Positions 1 through 11,344 of a stretch of DNA of 64,000 nucleotides are shown here, piece after piece. Made by a program: the position numbers and the translations under genes. Below the pieces are notes generated by a model. That model did no database searches. It was not told the origin of the DNA and was given only the letters and a program-made list of their open reading frames with translations. The stretch's first letter is position 1. The number at the start of each line of letters is the position of its first letter. This DNA comes from Halarcobacter sp. Its GTDB lineage: Bacteria; Campylobacterota; Campylobacteria; Campylobacterales; Arcobacteraceae. The stretch is from NCBI GenBank assembly GCA_048571215.1, contig CP182352.1, forward strand, positions 704,001 to 768,000, given 5' to 3'.

Positions 1-639
1 AAATTTAAAAATACAACTCTTGTCATTAGTATAAGTGCAAACCAAATGAATGATAACGCAAAAGAATATGGATTTTTTACAGAGAGTATGATTTCGAAAT
101 TAAGTTATTTTGAACAAGTCAATATTTTTCAATCTAATCCTGAGGTATTATTAAGATATTACTTTAATAATATAAAGTATCACATTTTAAATAAAATAAA
201 TTTATTAAATGTAAAAAAAGATTATCAACAGACTTTTGGATTTAATGGGATCGAAAATGAATTAGATTTAAAACAACTTAATATAAAAAGATTAATGAAA
301 AATCCATGGTATTTAAATTATGTGGATGGTGGAATTAAATATAAGTTAATTAATGATTCACTTAAAGATATAAAAAATAAAGTTAAAAAATTATATGTTT
401 ATACTGCACCTTTTAGTCCTACATATCTAAAAATAGTACAAAATACTAAATTGCTTGATTATGAGTTGTCATTTAAAAATAGGATAAGTGAAATTTGTAA
501 AAATAATGGTATTAAGTTTAAAAATTATCTTCATATAAAGGAATTAACAGACCAATATTTTTATGATATGTCACATTTAAACAAAAAAGGTTCTCTTATA
601 TTTACAAAAATTATACTAAATGATTTTAGTATTAAATAA
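1..639 (+). CDS. SGNH-hydrolase-like / polysaccharide O-acylation accessory protein (5' partial)
   Basis: Frame is open from base 1; C-terminal FYDxSHLNxxG motif typical of SGNH/DltD-like proteins; next to glycosyltransferases. Confidence 0.5.
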   Translation, partial: KFKNTTLVISISANQMNDNAKEYGFFTESMISKLSYFEQVNIFQSNPEVLLRYYFNNIKYHILNKINLLNVKKDYQQTFGFNGIENELDLKQLNIKRLMKNPWYLNYVDGGIKYKLINDSLKDIKNKVKKLYVYTAPFSPTYLKIVQNTKLLDYELSFKNRISEICKNNGIKFKNYLHIKELTDQYFYDMSHLNKKGSLIFTKIILNDFSIK

Positions 640-728
640 TTATAAAAAGCTAAATATAATTTATTAAGTATAAAGTAGTCTATAGATATAATATATATAG
701 TATTAAGAAGTCAAGGTATGGAGATAAT

Positions 729-1517
729 ATGAAAAAAAAAATTAATGTAATTTGTATAAAATGGGGAAGTTTATATACTGCAGATTATGTGAATAAATTA
801 TGTAATATGGTAAAAAGAAATACTTCATATGATATTGACTTTTATTGTTTTACTGAAGATAGTAATGAATTTATTGAAGATATAATAGTAAAACCTTTAC
901 CTATTTTAAATACTATAGAAGGGTATAGACATATTTTTTCTTACAGAAAAGAAGCTGCTCTTTGTGATGATAACCTTGGTGGATTAAATGGTCAAAGAGT
1001 ATTTTTTTTAGATTTAGATATGGTTGCTATTTCAAATTTAGATGAACTTTTTGATTATCCAGAGAGTGATAATTTTTATATTATTAATGATTGGCATACA
1101 ACTGGAAATAGTGTAGGACAAGCAAGTTGTTATTCTTGGGTTGTTGGTACTTTGGGATCTATAAAAAAAGATTATGAACTTGATCCTAAATCTGTATTGG
1201 ATAAATTTGGTAGTGCTGCACAAGAGTATTTATCATTTAAGATTATTGAAAAGTTTGGCAAATTAAATTTTTGGCCTGAAACTTGGTTTTGTTCTTTTAA
1301 ATTTCATTGTATGCCTAAGTTTGTTTTATTTAGATACTTTTTTGAACCAAAAATACCAACAAATATGAAAGGTTTGAAGTTTATAGCATTTCATGGGACA
1401 CCAAATCCTGATGAGGCTATTGAGGGAAAATGGAACCAAAAAGATGGCAAGAAAAAATGGAAAAAAATATATAAAGTATGTAAACCAACAACTTGGATTA
1501 AAAAATATTGGTATTAA
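729..1517 (+). CDS. Glycosyltransferase (GT-A fold)
   Basis: N-terminal CIKWG..Y...YVN motif, DLD (DxD) motif, FHGxPNP near C-terminus. Confidence 0.75.
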   Translation: MKKKINVICIKWGSLYTADYVNKLCNMVKRNTSYDIDFYCFTEDSNEFIEDIIVKPLPILNTIEGYRHIFSYRKEAALCDDNLGGLNGQRVFFLDLDMVAISNLDELFDYPESDNFYIINDWHTTGNSVGQASCYSWVVGTLGSIKKDYELDPKSVLDKFGSAAQEYLSFKIIEKFGKLNFWPETWFCSFKFHCMPKFVLFRYFFEPKIPTNMKGLKFIAFHGTPNPDEAIEGKWNQKDGKKKWKKIYKVCKPTTWIKKYWY

Positions 1518-1533
1518 ATAAGGATTAATTATA

Positions 1534-2445
1534 ATGGGTAATATTGAAAAATTATCTTCTTCATTAAACTGCACGGTTGGTATAGGAATACTTAGTTGGA
1601 AATCTCACAAAACATTAGAAAAAAGTTTACAAAGTTATGAGAAAATTGGATTAAAAGATTTTTTTGATGAAGTTAAAATTATATTTCAAGAGATTTCAGA
1701 TGAAGATAAAAAACTTGCAAATAAATATGGTTATGACTATGTTGGAATTGAAAAAAATGTTGGAATTCAAGGTGGACATAAATTAATTTATCAAAATCTT
1801 AATACTGATTATATTTTAGTTTTAGAAAATGATAATCCTGCTGTTGAACCAAGACAGATAGTATATGATAGGTTAAAACAAGCTTTACAATTATTAGAAA
1901 AAAATACTATTGATATGATGAGATTGCGGCATAGATGGAATTTTGGTGAGGGATTTGGCATTAAAAAGTATTTGACTTTTTTTAAAGTTCAGAGTATACA
2001 TGAAAAATATAGATGTAGAGATATAGAAAATAGTATTAGTAGTGATATTTTAAAATATATAAAAAGAATTTTTCGTCCAGATAAGGCACAAAGGTTGGCA
2101 GGTTATTCTTTATATTGTGAGAAATATCCAGAAAAGGTTTTTCCAAAATATATAAATAAAATTGATGATGAACTATATGCTGTTAGTTCAAATATTATGA
2201 CTTGGACAAATCAAAGTGTATTATTAAAAAGAGATTTATATGGAAAATTATTAAAATTTGCAGACGACAACCCTTCAACGAGAGATGCAAATGGTTTTCA
2301 AGATTTAGAGAAACCTTTAAATTGCAGATGGTGGAGAGATAAAAATTATCAAATTGGAGTTGCGGAGGGAATATTCTCCCATAATAGATTTGATGATAGT
2401 TGGAGAGAAAAACATCCAGCATTTAATAAAGATATAAGTAATTAA
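1534..2445 (+). CDS. Putative GT-A-like glycosyltransferase
   Basis: GIGILSW N-terminal strand, NVGI..G and YILVLEND (ExD) motifs; in glycan cluster. Confidence 0.5.
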   Translation: MGNIEKLSSSLNCTVGIGILSWKSHKTLEKSLQSYEKIGLKDFFDEVKIIFQEISDEDKKLANKYGYDYVGIEKNVGIQGGHKLIYQNLNTDYILVLENDNPAVEPRQIVYDRLKQALQLLEKNTIDMMRLRHRWNFGEGFGIKKYLTFFKVQSIHEKYRCRDIENSISSDILKYIKRIFRPDKAQRLAGYSLYCEKYPEKVFPKYINKIDDELYAVSSNIMTWTNQSVLLKRDLYGKLLKFADDNPSTRDANGFQDLEKPLNCRWWRDKNYQIGVAEGIFSHNRFDDSWREKHPAFNKDISN

Positions 2446-2469
2446 ACTTAATAAAAGAATAGATAAAAA

Positions 2470-3333
2470 ATGAATACAATCTCATACAAAACAAAAAATA
2501 TTCTAATAGATGAAATATTAAAACAAAATCTAGTAAAGCAGTTGGAGAAAAAATCTTTTTTTTCTAAACTTTTTTCATCTAAAGAGTTTGCAGATATCTA
2601 TTTTCATAGTGGAGCTTTGGATAATGATTCTATTGAAAATATCAAAAATGTAAAGTTGATTATATGTAATTCTAAGGCTTCTAAAAAAGAGATTATTGAT
2701 AAGACACAAGTTGATGCTTCTATTGTAAAAGTTATTTACCCTTCTGTTGATATCTCTTATGAGAAACCAAAAAAAATCAAGAGTAGATTTTGTCTTAGAC
2801 ATGATTTAGATGATAAAAAGAAGATTGTATTTTTTACTGCAAAGAGTTTTAAGAGTTCTGGTATAAAAGATTTTTTTGATTTGATGATATCTTTAAGTTC
2901 TAATGATTTTTATATGATAATTGCAGGGGATAAAACTCAAATTACTAGTTTGAAGTTTCAAACTTCAAAGTATAACTTTGGAGATACTCTTTTATTACTT
3001 GAGGATTATGAAAATATTGATGAGATATTTTTAGCTAGTGACATTTTTATACTTCCAACTTACAATAAAAATTTTGCTTCAAATATCTTAAAAGCTATGT
3101 ACTGCAAGTGTGCTGTGTTTACAACTGTAAATAATGCAGCAAGTGAACTTATAGATGTATTTTCATGTATGGAGTCTCCAGATGACAGAAGTATGCAGTT
3201 TAAAGTTGATGCCTTGCTACAAAATAAAGATGATTTAAAACTTATAAAAAAACAAAATAGAAAAGTAGCAAAAGCTTATACTATAGAAAAAAATCTAGAG
3301 AGGTTTAATAAGATTTTAAATCAACTTAGCTAA
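2470..3333 (+). CDS. Glycosyltransferase family 4 (GT-B), short N-terminal domain
   Basis: VIYPSVD, IIAGD, FLASDIFILPT, LKAMYC motifs. Confidence 0.75.
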   Translation: MNTISYKTKNILIDEILKQNLVKQLEKKSFFSKLFSSKEFADIYFHSGALDNDSIENIKNVKLIICNSKASKKEIIDKTQVDASIVKVIYPSVDISYEKPKKIKSRFCLRHDLDDKKKIVFFTAKSFKSSGIKDFFDLMISLSSNDFYMIIAGDKTQITSLKFQTSKYNFGDTLLLLEDYENIDEIFLASDIFILPTYNKNFASNILKAMYCKCAVFTTVNNAASELIDVFSCMESPDDRSMQFKVDALLQNKDDLKLIKKQNRKVAKAYTIEKNLERFNKILNQLS

Positions 3334-4130
3334 TCTTCTCTTAGATGTAAAAAAGAGGCAAATTTTGGTTTCCCTTTTTTTGTAAAACCATAATATTTAA
3401 AGGTAACTATAGAGCCAATTTTAGGTGGGTTTTCTCTTTGGTTTTTACTAAATCCTATCCCTAGATTAAACTTAATACCATTTTTTAGTTTTACAACTAA
3501 GCTTTTAAGTACCTTTGTTTTTTTTGAGATATTTATAGCTACAACTTCACCCTCCATATCTTGGAACTTTTTTACTTTTAAAATATTTGCACTTCTACCA
3601 CTTTCATAAGAGGGTAGAGGGTTTTTTATAATTACACCCTCTCCACCTTTTGAGATTATATCTTTTAAAAATTTATCTAAATGGTTTTTATTTTTTATTT
3701 TTATTTGTTTTATAATTACTACTTTAGGATTTTTATTTTTTTCAAACCATTGTTTTATTTTTTGTAGTCTTTGTTTAAAATTTCCTTTTGCATGGGGCAC
3801 TTCAAATATATTGTAGCTTATATTTTCCCACTTTTTACTTGGTGTTTTATCCATAACTATACTCTGTATATTTTCAAAATCAGATCTTTTACTCCACAAT
3901 TCTCCATCTAGTTCAAATTTTGGGAAGTTTTTTATAAACCATTTTGGTGGATAAATTTTCTTACCTTTTCTTGTAAGTAATTCTTTGCCATTCCAGTAAG
4001 CTCTTATCCCATCAAGTTTCTCACTCATAAGCCACTCTTGGATATTTTCATCTCCTTTATAAACCATAGGTTTTTGAATCTCTTGGGCAAAAGCAAATAT
4101 TGATAAAAAAAGTAGTACAATTATTTTCAT
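3330..4130 (-). CDS. Minimal ATP-dependent DNA ligase with signal peptide (Lig E type)
   Basis: Motif I SEKLDGIR, LDGELW, GGEGVIIK, LKVK; N-terminal MKIIVLLFLSIFAFA signal peptide. Confidence 0.9.
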   Translation of the reverse strand: MKIIVLLFLSIFAFAQEIQKPMVYKGDENIQEWLMSEKLDGIRAYWNGKELLTRKGKKIYPPKWFIKNFPKFELDGELWSKRSDFENIQSIVMDKTPSKKWENISYNIFEVPHAKGNFKQRLQKIKQWFEKNKNPKVVIIKQIKIKNKNHLDKFLKDIISKGGEGVIIKNPLPSYESGRSANILKVKKFQDMEGEVVAINISKKTKVLKSLVVKLKNGIKFNLGIGFSKNQRENPPKIGSIVTFKYYGFTKKGKPKFASFLHLRED

Positions 4131-4274
4131 AAAAAAGCCTTTATAATATAATCATAAATATTATAAAAAATAAACTTAGAATAAAATAAGCTCTATTGGC
4201 TAGATTTAAATTTGTCTTAAGAAAAACAAGATATAATACGCGAATATTTTTCACTAAAAAACTAAGGAAAGAAA

Positions 4275-4463
4275 ATGTCAAGAAGATGTGCAATCTCAGG
4301 AAAAGGACCTATGTCTGGAAACAACGTAAGTCATGCGAACAATAAAACAAAAAGAAGATTTTTACCAAACTTAAGAACTGTTAGAGTTACTTTAGAAGAT
4401 GGTTCAAGTCAAAAAATTAAAATTTCTGCTAAAGAGTTAAGAACTCTTAAGAAAAACTCATAA
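4275..4463 (+). CDS. rpmB: 50S ribosomal protein L28
   Basis: [33 protein letters not shown]. Confidence 0.97.
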   Translation: MSRRCAISGKGPMSGNNVSHANNKTKRRFLPNLRTVRVTLEDGSSQKIKISAKELRTLKKNS

Positions 4464-4487
4464 GAGAGCACTTAGAAAAGTGCTTTC

Positions 4488-5612
4488 ATGAGCGTCTTTA
4501 GAAAAGTAAAGAAAGCTCTAGGCTGGGAGATACGTTCAGCTAAACCAGAATACGACTTAAACCCTTTAATTTATTCTCAATTAAAACCTTTTAGATTACC
4601 ATTAGTTCTAGTTCAAGTTGTAATGATCGTAGGAACAATGGGTTATATCTTAATCGATGATTTTCCTATATTAGATGCAATTTACCAAACAGGTATTACA
4701 TTTACAACTGTTGGATTTGGAGAGATAGCTCCTATTTCACCAGCAGGAAGATTTTTTACAATCACACTTATTATCTTTGGGTTCGCTCTTTTTACCCTTT
4801 CAACAGCTGTATTGATTGATGCTGTTATCAAAGGTAATTTGTTTGAACTTTATAAGGAGCGAAATATGCTTTATAAAATTGCAAGGCTTAGACGACACTT
4901 TGTTATCTTTTATCACAATGAATACACCGCACAACTTGCTAAACAGTTTAATGAAAATCATGTGCCTTTTGTTGTTGTTGATCCAAGTGAGGATATAGAA
5001 CAAATAGCAAAAGAGTGTAATTATCCTTATTATGTAAAAGAAGAACCATATAAAGAGACAGCTTTTTTAAAGTCTCATTTGAGTTCTGCAAAGGGGGCTA
5101 TATCACTTTCAAAAAATATTTCAAACAATATTACCCTTATAGCTTCTGTTAGATTGTATGAAAAAGAGCTTGGGAGAAACCCATTTTTGATCATCTCAAA
5201 TGCAGAAACATATAATGAAAAAATAAGATTGATGAAACTTGGAGCTGATAAAGTTGTTGCAACTCCATCACTTATGGCAAAAAGAGTTACTGCTATGGCT
5301 ATTAGACCAGAGATGGAAAATGTACTTGAAGAGTTTTTATATAAAGCCGATACTCCTATTGATATGGAGGAGACTTTAGTTTCAGAAAGCTCTTGGGTAG
5401 TTAATAAAGAGATAAAAGATTTAAGATTAAGAGATAGAATAAAAGTATCTGTTATAGGTATAACTGAGAAAAAAGGTAGATTTATACAGATGCCAAAGGG
5501 TTCAACTGTTATTAGTGCAGACTGTAAACTACTTTTAGTTGGAAGTCAAAGAAATATAGCAAAAGCAAAAAGAATAATTGCTTTAAGAAATAAACCACAG
5601 GATTTAGATTAA
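4488..5612 (+). CDS. Potassium channel with TrkA-N/TrkA-C (RCK) domains
   Basis: TTVGFGE selectivity filter, two TM helices, RCK-like C-terminus (GADKVV). Confidence 0.9.
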   Translation: MSVFRKVKKALGWEIRSAKPEYDLNPLIYSQLKPFRLPLVLVQVVMIVGTMGYILIDDFPILDAIYQTGITFTTVGFGEIAPISPAGRFFTITLIIFGFALFTLSTAVLIDAVIKGNLFELYKERNMLYKIARLRRHFVIFYHNEYTAQLAKQFNENHVPFVVVDPSEDIEQIAKECNYPYYVKEEPYKETAFLKSHLSSAKGAISLSKNISNNITLIASVRLYEKELGRNPFLIISNAETYNEKIRLMKLGADKVVATPSLMAKRVTAMAIRPEMENVLEEFLYKADTPIDMEETLVSESSWVVNKEIKDLRLRDRIKVSVIGITEKKGRFIQMPKGSTVISADCKLLLVGSQRNIAKAKRIIALRNKPQDLD

Positions 5613-6802
5613 TGTTTACAATTTTACCGATAAAAGGTTATTTAGACCAAATTGATGGATTTTTTTGTGATGGTATTCATGCGGGTTTAAAACCAAATGG
5701 AAACAATGATTTAGGATTTATTTATAGTGATACTCTATGTGAAGTTGAAGCAGTTTTTACTTTAAATAAGTTTCAAGCGGCTCCTTTAAGACATTATCAA
5801 AAAACTTTTGAAAATAGATCTGCTGAGAAAACAAATTTTGTATTGATAAACTCAAAAAATGCAAATGCCCTAACAGGTCAAAGAGGGATTGATGATATAG
5901 ATGAGATTTTTTCTAAATTGAATTTTGATTTAATAAATCCAATTATGAGTAGTACAGGAGTTATTGGAAATCCTCTACCAAAAGAGAAGATAATTGCTGG
6001 GGCAAATAGTTTTAATCTTTCTTCAAAAAATGCTGAAGCTTTAAGTCGTGCAATTATGACAACTGATGCTTATGCTAAAACAGCTATGTATGAAGTAAAA
6101 CTTGAAGATGGAAGTTCATTTAAAATAGGTTCAGTTGCAAAAGGTGCAGGGATGATAAATCCAAACTTAGCAACAATGCTTTGTTTTATCTGTACAGATG
6201 CTGCAATTCCTAAAGAGGATATGAAAGAGTTATTGGAAATAAATTCAAAAACTACATTTAATGCAATCTCAGTAGATGGAGATACCTCTACAAATGATAC
6301 TGTTTTACTTTTGGCAAACAATAAATCAAACTCTTATGATAAAGAGGCTTTCAAAGAGGCTCTAAGACTTGTGATGCATGATATGGCAATGTTAATGGTT
6401 GCTGATGGTGAGGGTGCAAAAAAAGCAGTTGCTTTTGAAGTTGTTGGTGCGGCAAGTGATGAAGAAGCTGAAATTGCAGCAAAAGCCTTATCAAACTCTT
6501 TATTAGTAAAAACAGCACTATTTGGAGAAGACCCAAACTTTGGAAGAATTGCTTCAACTATAGGAGCTAGTAGAGTAACTTGTGATGAGGAAAAGCTTCT
6601 AATATCTTATAATGATGTAGTTGTATTTGATAAGGGTGAAATATTTTTTGATAAAGCTCAAGAAGAAAAAGCAGGAGAAGTACTTAAAAACGATAAATAC
6701 AAGGTTATTTGTGATCTTGGAGTAGGTGAGGGTAGCTTCACTGCATATGGATGTGACTTAGGTTATAAATATATCGAAATAAACGCAGATTATAGAACTT
6801 AA
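5612..6802 (+). CDS. argJ: Bifunctional glutamate N-acetyltransferase/amino-acid acetyltransferase
   Basis: STGVIG, IMTTD, KGAGMINPNLATML, DGDTSTND, C-terminal INADYRT. Confidence 0.97.
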   Translation: MFTILPIKGYLDQIDGFFCDGIHAGLKPNGNNDLGFIYSDTLCEVEAVFTLNKFQAAPLRHYQKTFENRSAEKTNFVLINSKNANALTGQRGIDDIDEIFSKLNFDLINPIMSSTGVIGNPLPKEKIIAGANSFNLSSKNAEALSRAIMTTDAYAKTAMYEVKLEDGSSFKIGSVAKGAGMINPNLATMLCFICTDAAIPKEDMKELLEINSKTTFNAISVDGDTSTNDTVLLLANNKSNSYDKEAFKEALRLVMHDMAMLMVADGEGAKKAVAFEVVGAASDEEAEIAAKALSNSLLVKTALFGEDPNFGRIASTIGASRVTCDEEKLLISYNDVVVFDKGEIFFDKAQEEKAGEVLKNDKYKVICDLGVGEGSFTAYGCDLGYKYIEINADYRT

Positions 6803-6870
6803 AAATATTTACACCATATTAAGTCTGGAATTGATATAATTTAATTGAAATTCAAAAAAGGATGGATGTC

Positions 6871-7092
6871 ATGTTTCATGAATATAGAGATATTATAACT
6901 CAGTTAAAGCAAAGTGATGGTCATTTTCAAAAAATCTTTGATAGACACAATGTTTTAGATGAAGAGATCGAGCAAATGAAAAAAGAACTTGCGGATCAGT
7001 TTGAAATAGAAAAAAAGAAAAAAGAGAAGTTAAAACTTAAAGATGAAGTTTATGATGTAATTATGAAGTATAAAAAAGAGAACAGTCTTTAA
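6871..7092 (+). CDS. YdcH/DUF465 family protein
   Basis: MFHEYRDIITQLK...HF..IFDRHN.LD...KKEKLKLKDE pattern. Confidence 0.85.
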   Translation: MFHEYRDIITQLKQSDGHFQKIFDRHNVLDEEIEQMKKELADQFEIEKKKKEKLKLKDEVYDVIMKYKKENSL

Positions 7093-7110
7093 GAAAAATT
7101 AAAAATAATA

Positions 7111-7153
7111 AAAGGGGATGGAAGCAAATTTTGCTTTCATCCCCTTTTTTTTT
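7111..7153 (+). terminator. Rho-independent terminator
   Basis: AAAGGGGATGGAAGCAA / TTGCTTTCATCCCCTTT hairpin followed by a T-run. Confidence 0.85.
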
Positions 7154-7222
7154 GTTCATTATACCGAGGATTAAGCCTTTATTAGATAATATATCTAAAT
7201 TTTATAATAAAGGTATTTATTA

Positions 7223-9775
7223 ATGGAAAACCTCTTTGAAAATCAAGACATAATTGACATTAATATCGAAGATAGTATTAAGGGTTCATATTTAGATTAC
7301 TCTATGAGTGTTATCATTGGTAGAGCATTACCAGATGCAAAAGATGGTTTAAAACCAGTTCATAGAAGAATTTTATATGCTATGCATGATTTAAATATGA
7401 GTGCAAGGGCTCCTTACAAAAAATCTGCAAGGATTGTAGGGGATGTAATAGGTAAGTATCACCCACATGGAGATACCTCAGTTTATGATGCACTTGTAAG
7501 AATGGCACAAGACTTTTCTATGAGAGCACCTCTAATTGATGGTCAAGGGAACTTCGGTTCTATCGATGGTGACAACGCTGCTGCTATGAGATATACAGAA
7601 TCAAGGTTTACAAAAATTTCTGAAGATATACTAAAAGATATTGATAAAGATACAGTTAATTTTGTACCAAACTATGATGATACATTAAGGGAACCAGATG
7701 TTTTACCAACTAGAGTTCCAACACTATTATTAAATGGTAGTGAAGGTATCGCTGTTGGTATGGCAACTAAGATTCCTCCTCATAATTTAGGAGAGCTTTT
7801 AGATGCAGTATTGCATGTAATAGAAAATCCAGAAGCAACTGCTGATGAATTGATGCAGTTTATTCAAGGGCCAGATTTCCCAACAGGTGGTACTATTTTT
7901 GGTAGACGTGGTATTATTGATGCTTATAATACAGGACGTGGTAGAGTTAGAATCAGAGCTAAACACCATATTGAAACTAAGGGTAAAAAAGAGATTATTG
8001 TACTTGATGAGTTACCATATCAAGTAAATAAATCAAGACTTATTGAGCAAATAGCAAATCTAGCTAAAGATAAGCAAATAGAAGGTATCTCAGAAGTTAG
8101 AGATGAATCAGATAGAGATGGGATTAGAGTTGTAATTGAGCTTAAAAAAGATGCTATGAGTGAGATTGTTATGAACAATCTTTACAAATCAACTCCTATG
8201 GAAACCACTTTTGGGATTATCCTTTTAGCTGTATATAACAAAGAACCAAAAGTATTTAATCTACCAGAGCTTTTAAATGTGTTTTTATCTCATAGAAAAA
8301 CAGTTATTATTAGAAGAACTATTTTTGATTTGGAAAAAGCAAAAGCTAGAGCACATATTTTAGAGGGTCTTAAAATTGCTTTAGATAACATCGATGAAGT
8401 TGTTAAGATTATTAGAGCTTCAGCAAATGATGCAGAGGCAAAAGATAGTCTTCAAAATAGATTTGGATTAAGTCCAATTCAATCACAAGCTATTTTAGAT
8501 ATGAGACTTGGAAGACTTACAGGTCTACAAAGAGATAAATTAGAAGCAGAATATCAAGAGTTATTATTGCTTATTGCAGAGCTTGAAGCTATTTTAAAAT
8601 CTGAAGAGAAACTAAATGAGATTATCACTGAAGAGATAATGGATATTAGAGAAAAATATTCAGATAAAAGAAGAACTGAAATTGAAGACTCATATGATGA
8701 GATTGATATTGAAGATTTAATTCCAAATGAGCCAATGGTTGTTACCATCACTCATAATGGATATGTAAAAAGAGTACCAATTAAATCATATGAAAAACAA
8801 AGAAGAGGTGGTAAAGGTAAAGTAGCCGTTACTACTCACGATGATGACTTTATTGAAAGATTCTTTGTGACAAATACTCATGATACCTTGATGTTTGTAA
8901 CAAATATGGGTCAATTATACTGGTTGAAAGTATATAGAATTCCAGAAGGAAGTAGAACAGCGAAAGGTAAAGCTGTTGTAAATCTTATCAACTTAAGATC
9001 AGATGAGAAGATTATGGAAATAATCCCAACTTCAGACTTCGATGAATCTAAATCTTTAGCTTTCTTTACTAGAAATGGTATTGTAAAAAGAACATCTTTA
9101 TCTGAATTTAGTAATATAAGAAGTAATGGTGTTAGAGCTATTGTATTAGATGATGCAGATGAGATTGTAACAGCTAAGATTACAACTGTAGAATCTCAAT
9201 TCTTGATGATTTTCACAAGTCTAGGTCAATGTATTAGATTTGATATTGAAAAAACAAGAGAGCAAGGAAGAAGTACAAGAGGTGTTAGAGGTATTAAGTT
9301 CAAAAAAGATACTGATTTTGTAGTTGATGCAAATGTAGTAAATAGTGAAGAGCAAGAGTTATTAACAGTATCTGAAAAAGGTATTGGAAAAAGAACAACA
9401 GTTGATGAGTATAGACTTACAAATAGAGCTGGTTCTGGTGTTATCTCTATGAAACTTAGTGCAAAAACAGGAAATGTAGTTGGTGCTGTACTTGTAGATG
9501 AAGCACAAGACTTGATGATCTTAACTTCAATTGGTAAAATGATTAGAGTTGATATGCAAACAATTAGAAAAGCTGGAAGAAATACTTCTGGTGTTATTAT
9601 TGTAAATGTTGACAAAAAAGATAAAGTAGTTTCAATAGCAAAATGTCCTAAAGAGGATGATGATGAATTAGATATTGAAAATGCAGATACTATGGATGGA
9701 ATAGATTTAAATGATTTTAATCTATTAGATACTCCAAATTCAGAAGAAAATAGTGATGATAAAGGAAAAGAGTAA
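7223..9775 (+). CDS. gyrA: DNA gyrase subunit A
   Basis: [15 protein letters not shown] active site, GyrA box QRRGGKG. Confidence 0.98.
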   Translation: MENLFENQDIIDINIEDSIKGSYLDYSMSVIIGRALPDAKDGLKPVHRRILYAMHDLNMSARAPYKKSARIVGDVIGKYHPHGDTSVYDALVRMAQDFSMRAPLIDGQGNFGSIDGDNAAAMRYTESRFTKISEDILKDIDKDTVNFVPNYDDTLREPDVLPTRVPTLLLNGSEGIAVGMATKIPPHNLGELLDAVLHVIENPEATADELMQFIQGPDFPTGGTIFGRRGIIDAYNTGRGRVRIRAKHHIETKGKKEIIVLDELPYQVNKSRLIEQIANLAKDKQIEGISEVRDESDRDGIRVVIELKKDAMSEIVMNNLYKSTPMETTFGIILLAVYNKEPKVFNLPELLNVFLSHRKTVIIRRTIFDLEKAKARAHILEGLKIALDNIDEVVKIIRASANDAEAKDSLQNRFGLSPIQSQAILDMRLGRLTGLQRDKLEAEYQELLLLIAELEAILKSEEKLNEIITEEIMDIREKYSDKRRTEIEDSYDEIDIEDLIPNEPMVVTITHNGYVKRVPIKSYEKQRRGGKGKVAVTTHDDDFIERFFVTNTHDTLMFVTNMGQLYWLKVYRIPEGSRTAKGKAVVNLINLRSDEKIMEIIPTSDFDESKSLAFFTRNGIVKRTSLSEFSNIRSNGVRAIVLDDADEIVTAKITTVESQFLMIFTSLGQCIRFDIEKTREQGRSTRGVRGIKFKKDTDFVVDANVVNSEEQELLTVSEKGIGKRTTVDEYRLTNRAGSGVISMKLSAKTGNVVGAVLVDEAQDLMILTSIGKMIRVDMQTIRKAGRNTSGVIIVNVDKKDKVVSIAKCPKEDDDELDIENADTMDGIDLNDFNLLDTPNSEENSDDKGKE

Positions 9776-10812
9776 TGAGAAAATTTAATGTAGCAGTAGT
9801 AGGAGCTACTGGTGCCGTTGGTGAAGAGTTATTTAGAGTTTTAAAAGATTATAACTTCCCAATAAACAAATTAGTACCTCTAGCTAGTGCTAGAAGTGCA
9901 GGAGAAAAAATAGAGTTTAATAACAAAGAGTATACAGTTTTAGAACTTACTGAAACAGTTTTTGAAGAAAATGAAGTAGAGATTGCTTTTTTTAGTGCAG
10001 GTGGTTCAGTTTCTGAAAAATTTGCAAAATATGCTGTTGAAGCGGGTGCTGTTGTTATAGATAATACAAGTCATTTTAGAATGGATCCAACAGTACCTTT
10101 AGTAGTACCAGAAGTAAATCCAGAAGATATTGCAAACTGGAAAGAATCAGGGATTATTGCAAACCCTAACTGTTCTACTATTCAAATGGTTTTATCACTT
10201 AAACCACTTGATGATTTATATGGTATAAAAAGAGTAGATGTATCTACTTATCAAGCTGTTTCAGGTGCTGGAAAAACTGGTATGGAAGAGTTAGTAAAAC
10301 AGATGCAAGCATTTTTTGCATTTAAATTAGATGATGCAGAAAAAAGTGCATTTGCACACCAAATTGCTCTAAATGTTATCCCTCAAATTGATGTGGCACA
10401 AGATAATGGTTTCACAAAAGAAGAGATGAAAATGGTAAATGAGACTCAAAAAATCTTACATAGACAAATCCAAGTAGCAGCAACCTGTGTTAGAGTTCCT
10501 GTTTTAAGATCTCACTCTGAGTCAATAACTGTAACTTTTAATGATGGGGTTGATGTGGATGTGGTAGAGGTTAGAAAAGCATTAGAACAATTTGAAAATG
10601 TAGAAGTTATAGATGACTTACAAAACAATGCTTACCCAATGCCAATTATCTCAACTGATACTGATATCACTTATTGTGGTAGAATCAGAAAAGATGTTTA
10701 TTCACCAAATGTAGTACATTATTTTAATGTTGCTGACCAAGTTAGAGTAGGGGCTGCTACAAATGCAGTAAGAATTGGTCTTAAATGGATAGAGATGGAG
10801 AACGATTTATAG
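9775..10812 (+). CDS. asd: Aspartate-semialdehyde dehydrogenase
   Basis: GATGAVG, NPNCST, YQAVSGAG, CVRVPV. Confidence 0.97.
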   Translation: MRKFNVAVVGATGAVGEELFRVLKDYNFPINKLVPLASARSAGEKIEFNNKEYTVLELTETVFEENEVEIAFFSAGGSVSEKFAKYAVEAGAVVIDNTSHFRMDPTVPLVVPEVNPEDIANWKESGIIANPNCSTIQMVLSLKPLDDLYGIKRVDVSTYQAVSGAGKTGMEELVKQMQAFFAFKLDDAEKSAFAHQIALNVIPQIDVAQDNGFTKEEMKMVNETQKILHRQIQVAATCVRVPVLRSHSESITVTFNDGVDVDVVEVRKALEQFENVEVIDDLQNNAYPMPIISTDTDITYCGRIRKDVYSPNVVHYFNVADQVRVGAATNAVRIGLKWIEMENDL

Positions 10813-10813
10813 A

Positions 10814-11326
10814 ATGATAGAAAAGTTTTTTGAAGGTGCAATGTGGCAGACAAGATTTTTGGTAATCTTGGCTGTCATTTTTGGTCTTATAGGAGCTTTA
10901 GTTTTATTTGTTGTTGCAAGTATGGATATCTATGGTGTTGCAAAATATGCTTTTGATACTATAGTTACAAGTGCCCATCCAGAACATTTCCATGAAGATA
11001 TTGTTGCAGGGATTATAGGAGCTGTTGATTTATATCTAATTGCAGTTGTTATGTTAATATTCTCTTTTGGTATATATGAGCTTTTTATCTCTCCTATTGA
11101 TCACAATAATAATGCAAAAGAGGATCAAAAAATTCTATCAATCACTTCACTTGACCAACTAAAAGATAAAATCGCAAAAGTAATTATAATGGTATTAATT
11201 GTAAACTTCTTTCAAAGAGTTTTACATACACAATACAATGGTGCATTGGAGATGTTATACTTTGCACTTGCAGTAACTGCATTGTCAGTTGGACTTTTCT
11301 TTTTGGGAAAAGTTGGAAAACATTAA
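10814..11326 (+). CDS. YqhA/UPF0114 family membrane protein
   Basis: Four TM helices, VDLYLIA..M..FS.GIYELFIS and LK.KIAKVI motifs. Confidence 0.85.
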   Translation: MIEKFFEGAMWQTRFLVILAVIFGLIGALVLFVVASMDIYGVAKYAFDTIVTSAHPEHFHEDIVAGIIGAVDLYLIAVVMLIFSFGIYELFISPIDHNNNAKEDQKILSITSLDQLKDKIAKVIIMVLIVNFFQRVLHTQYNGALEMLYFALAVTALSVGLFFLGKVGKH

Positions 11327-11344
11327 TATAAAAGGTAAAAACTG

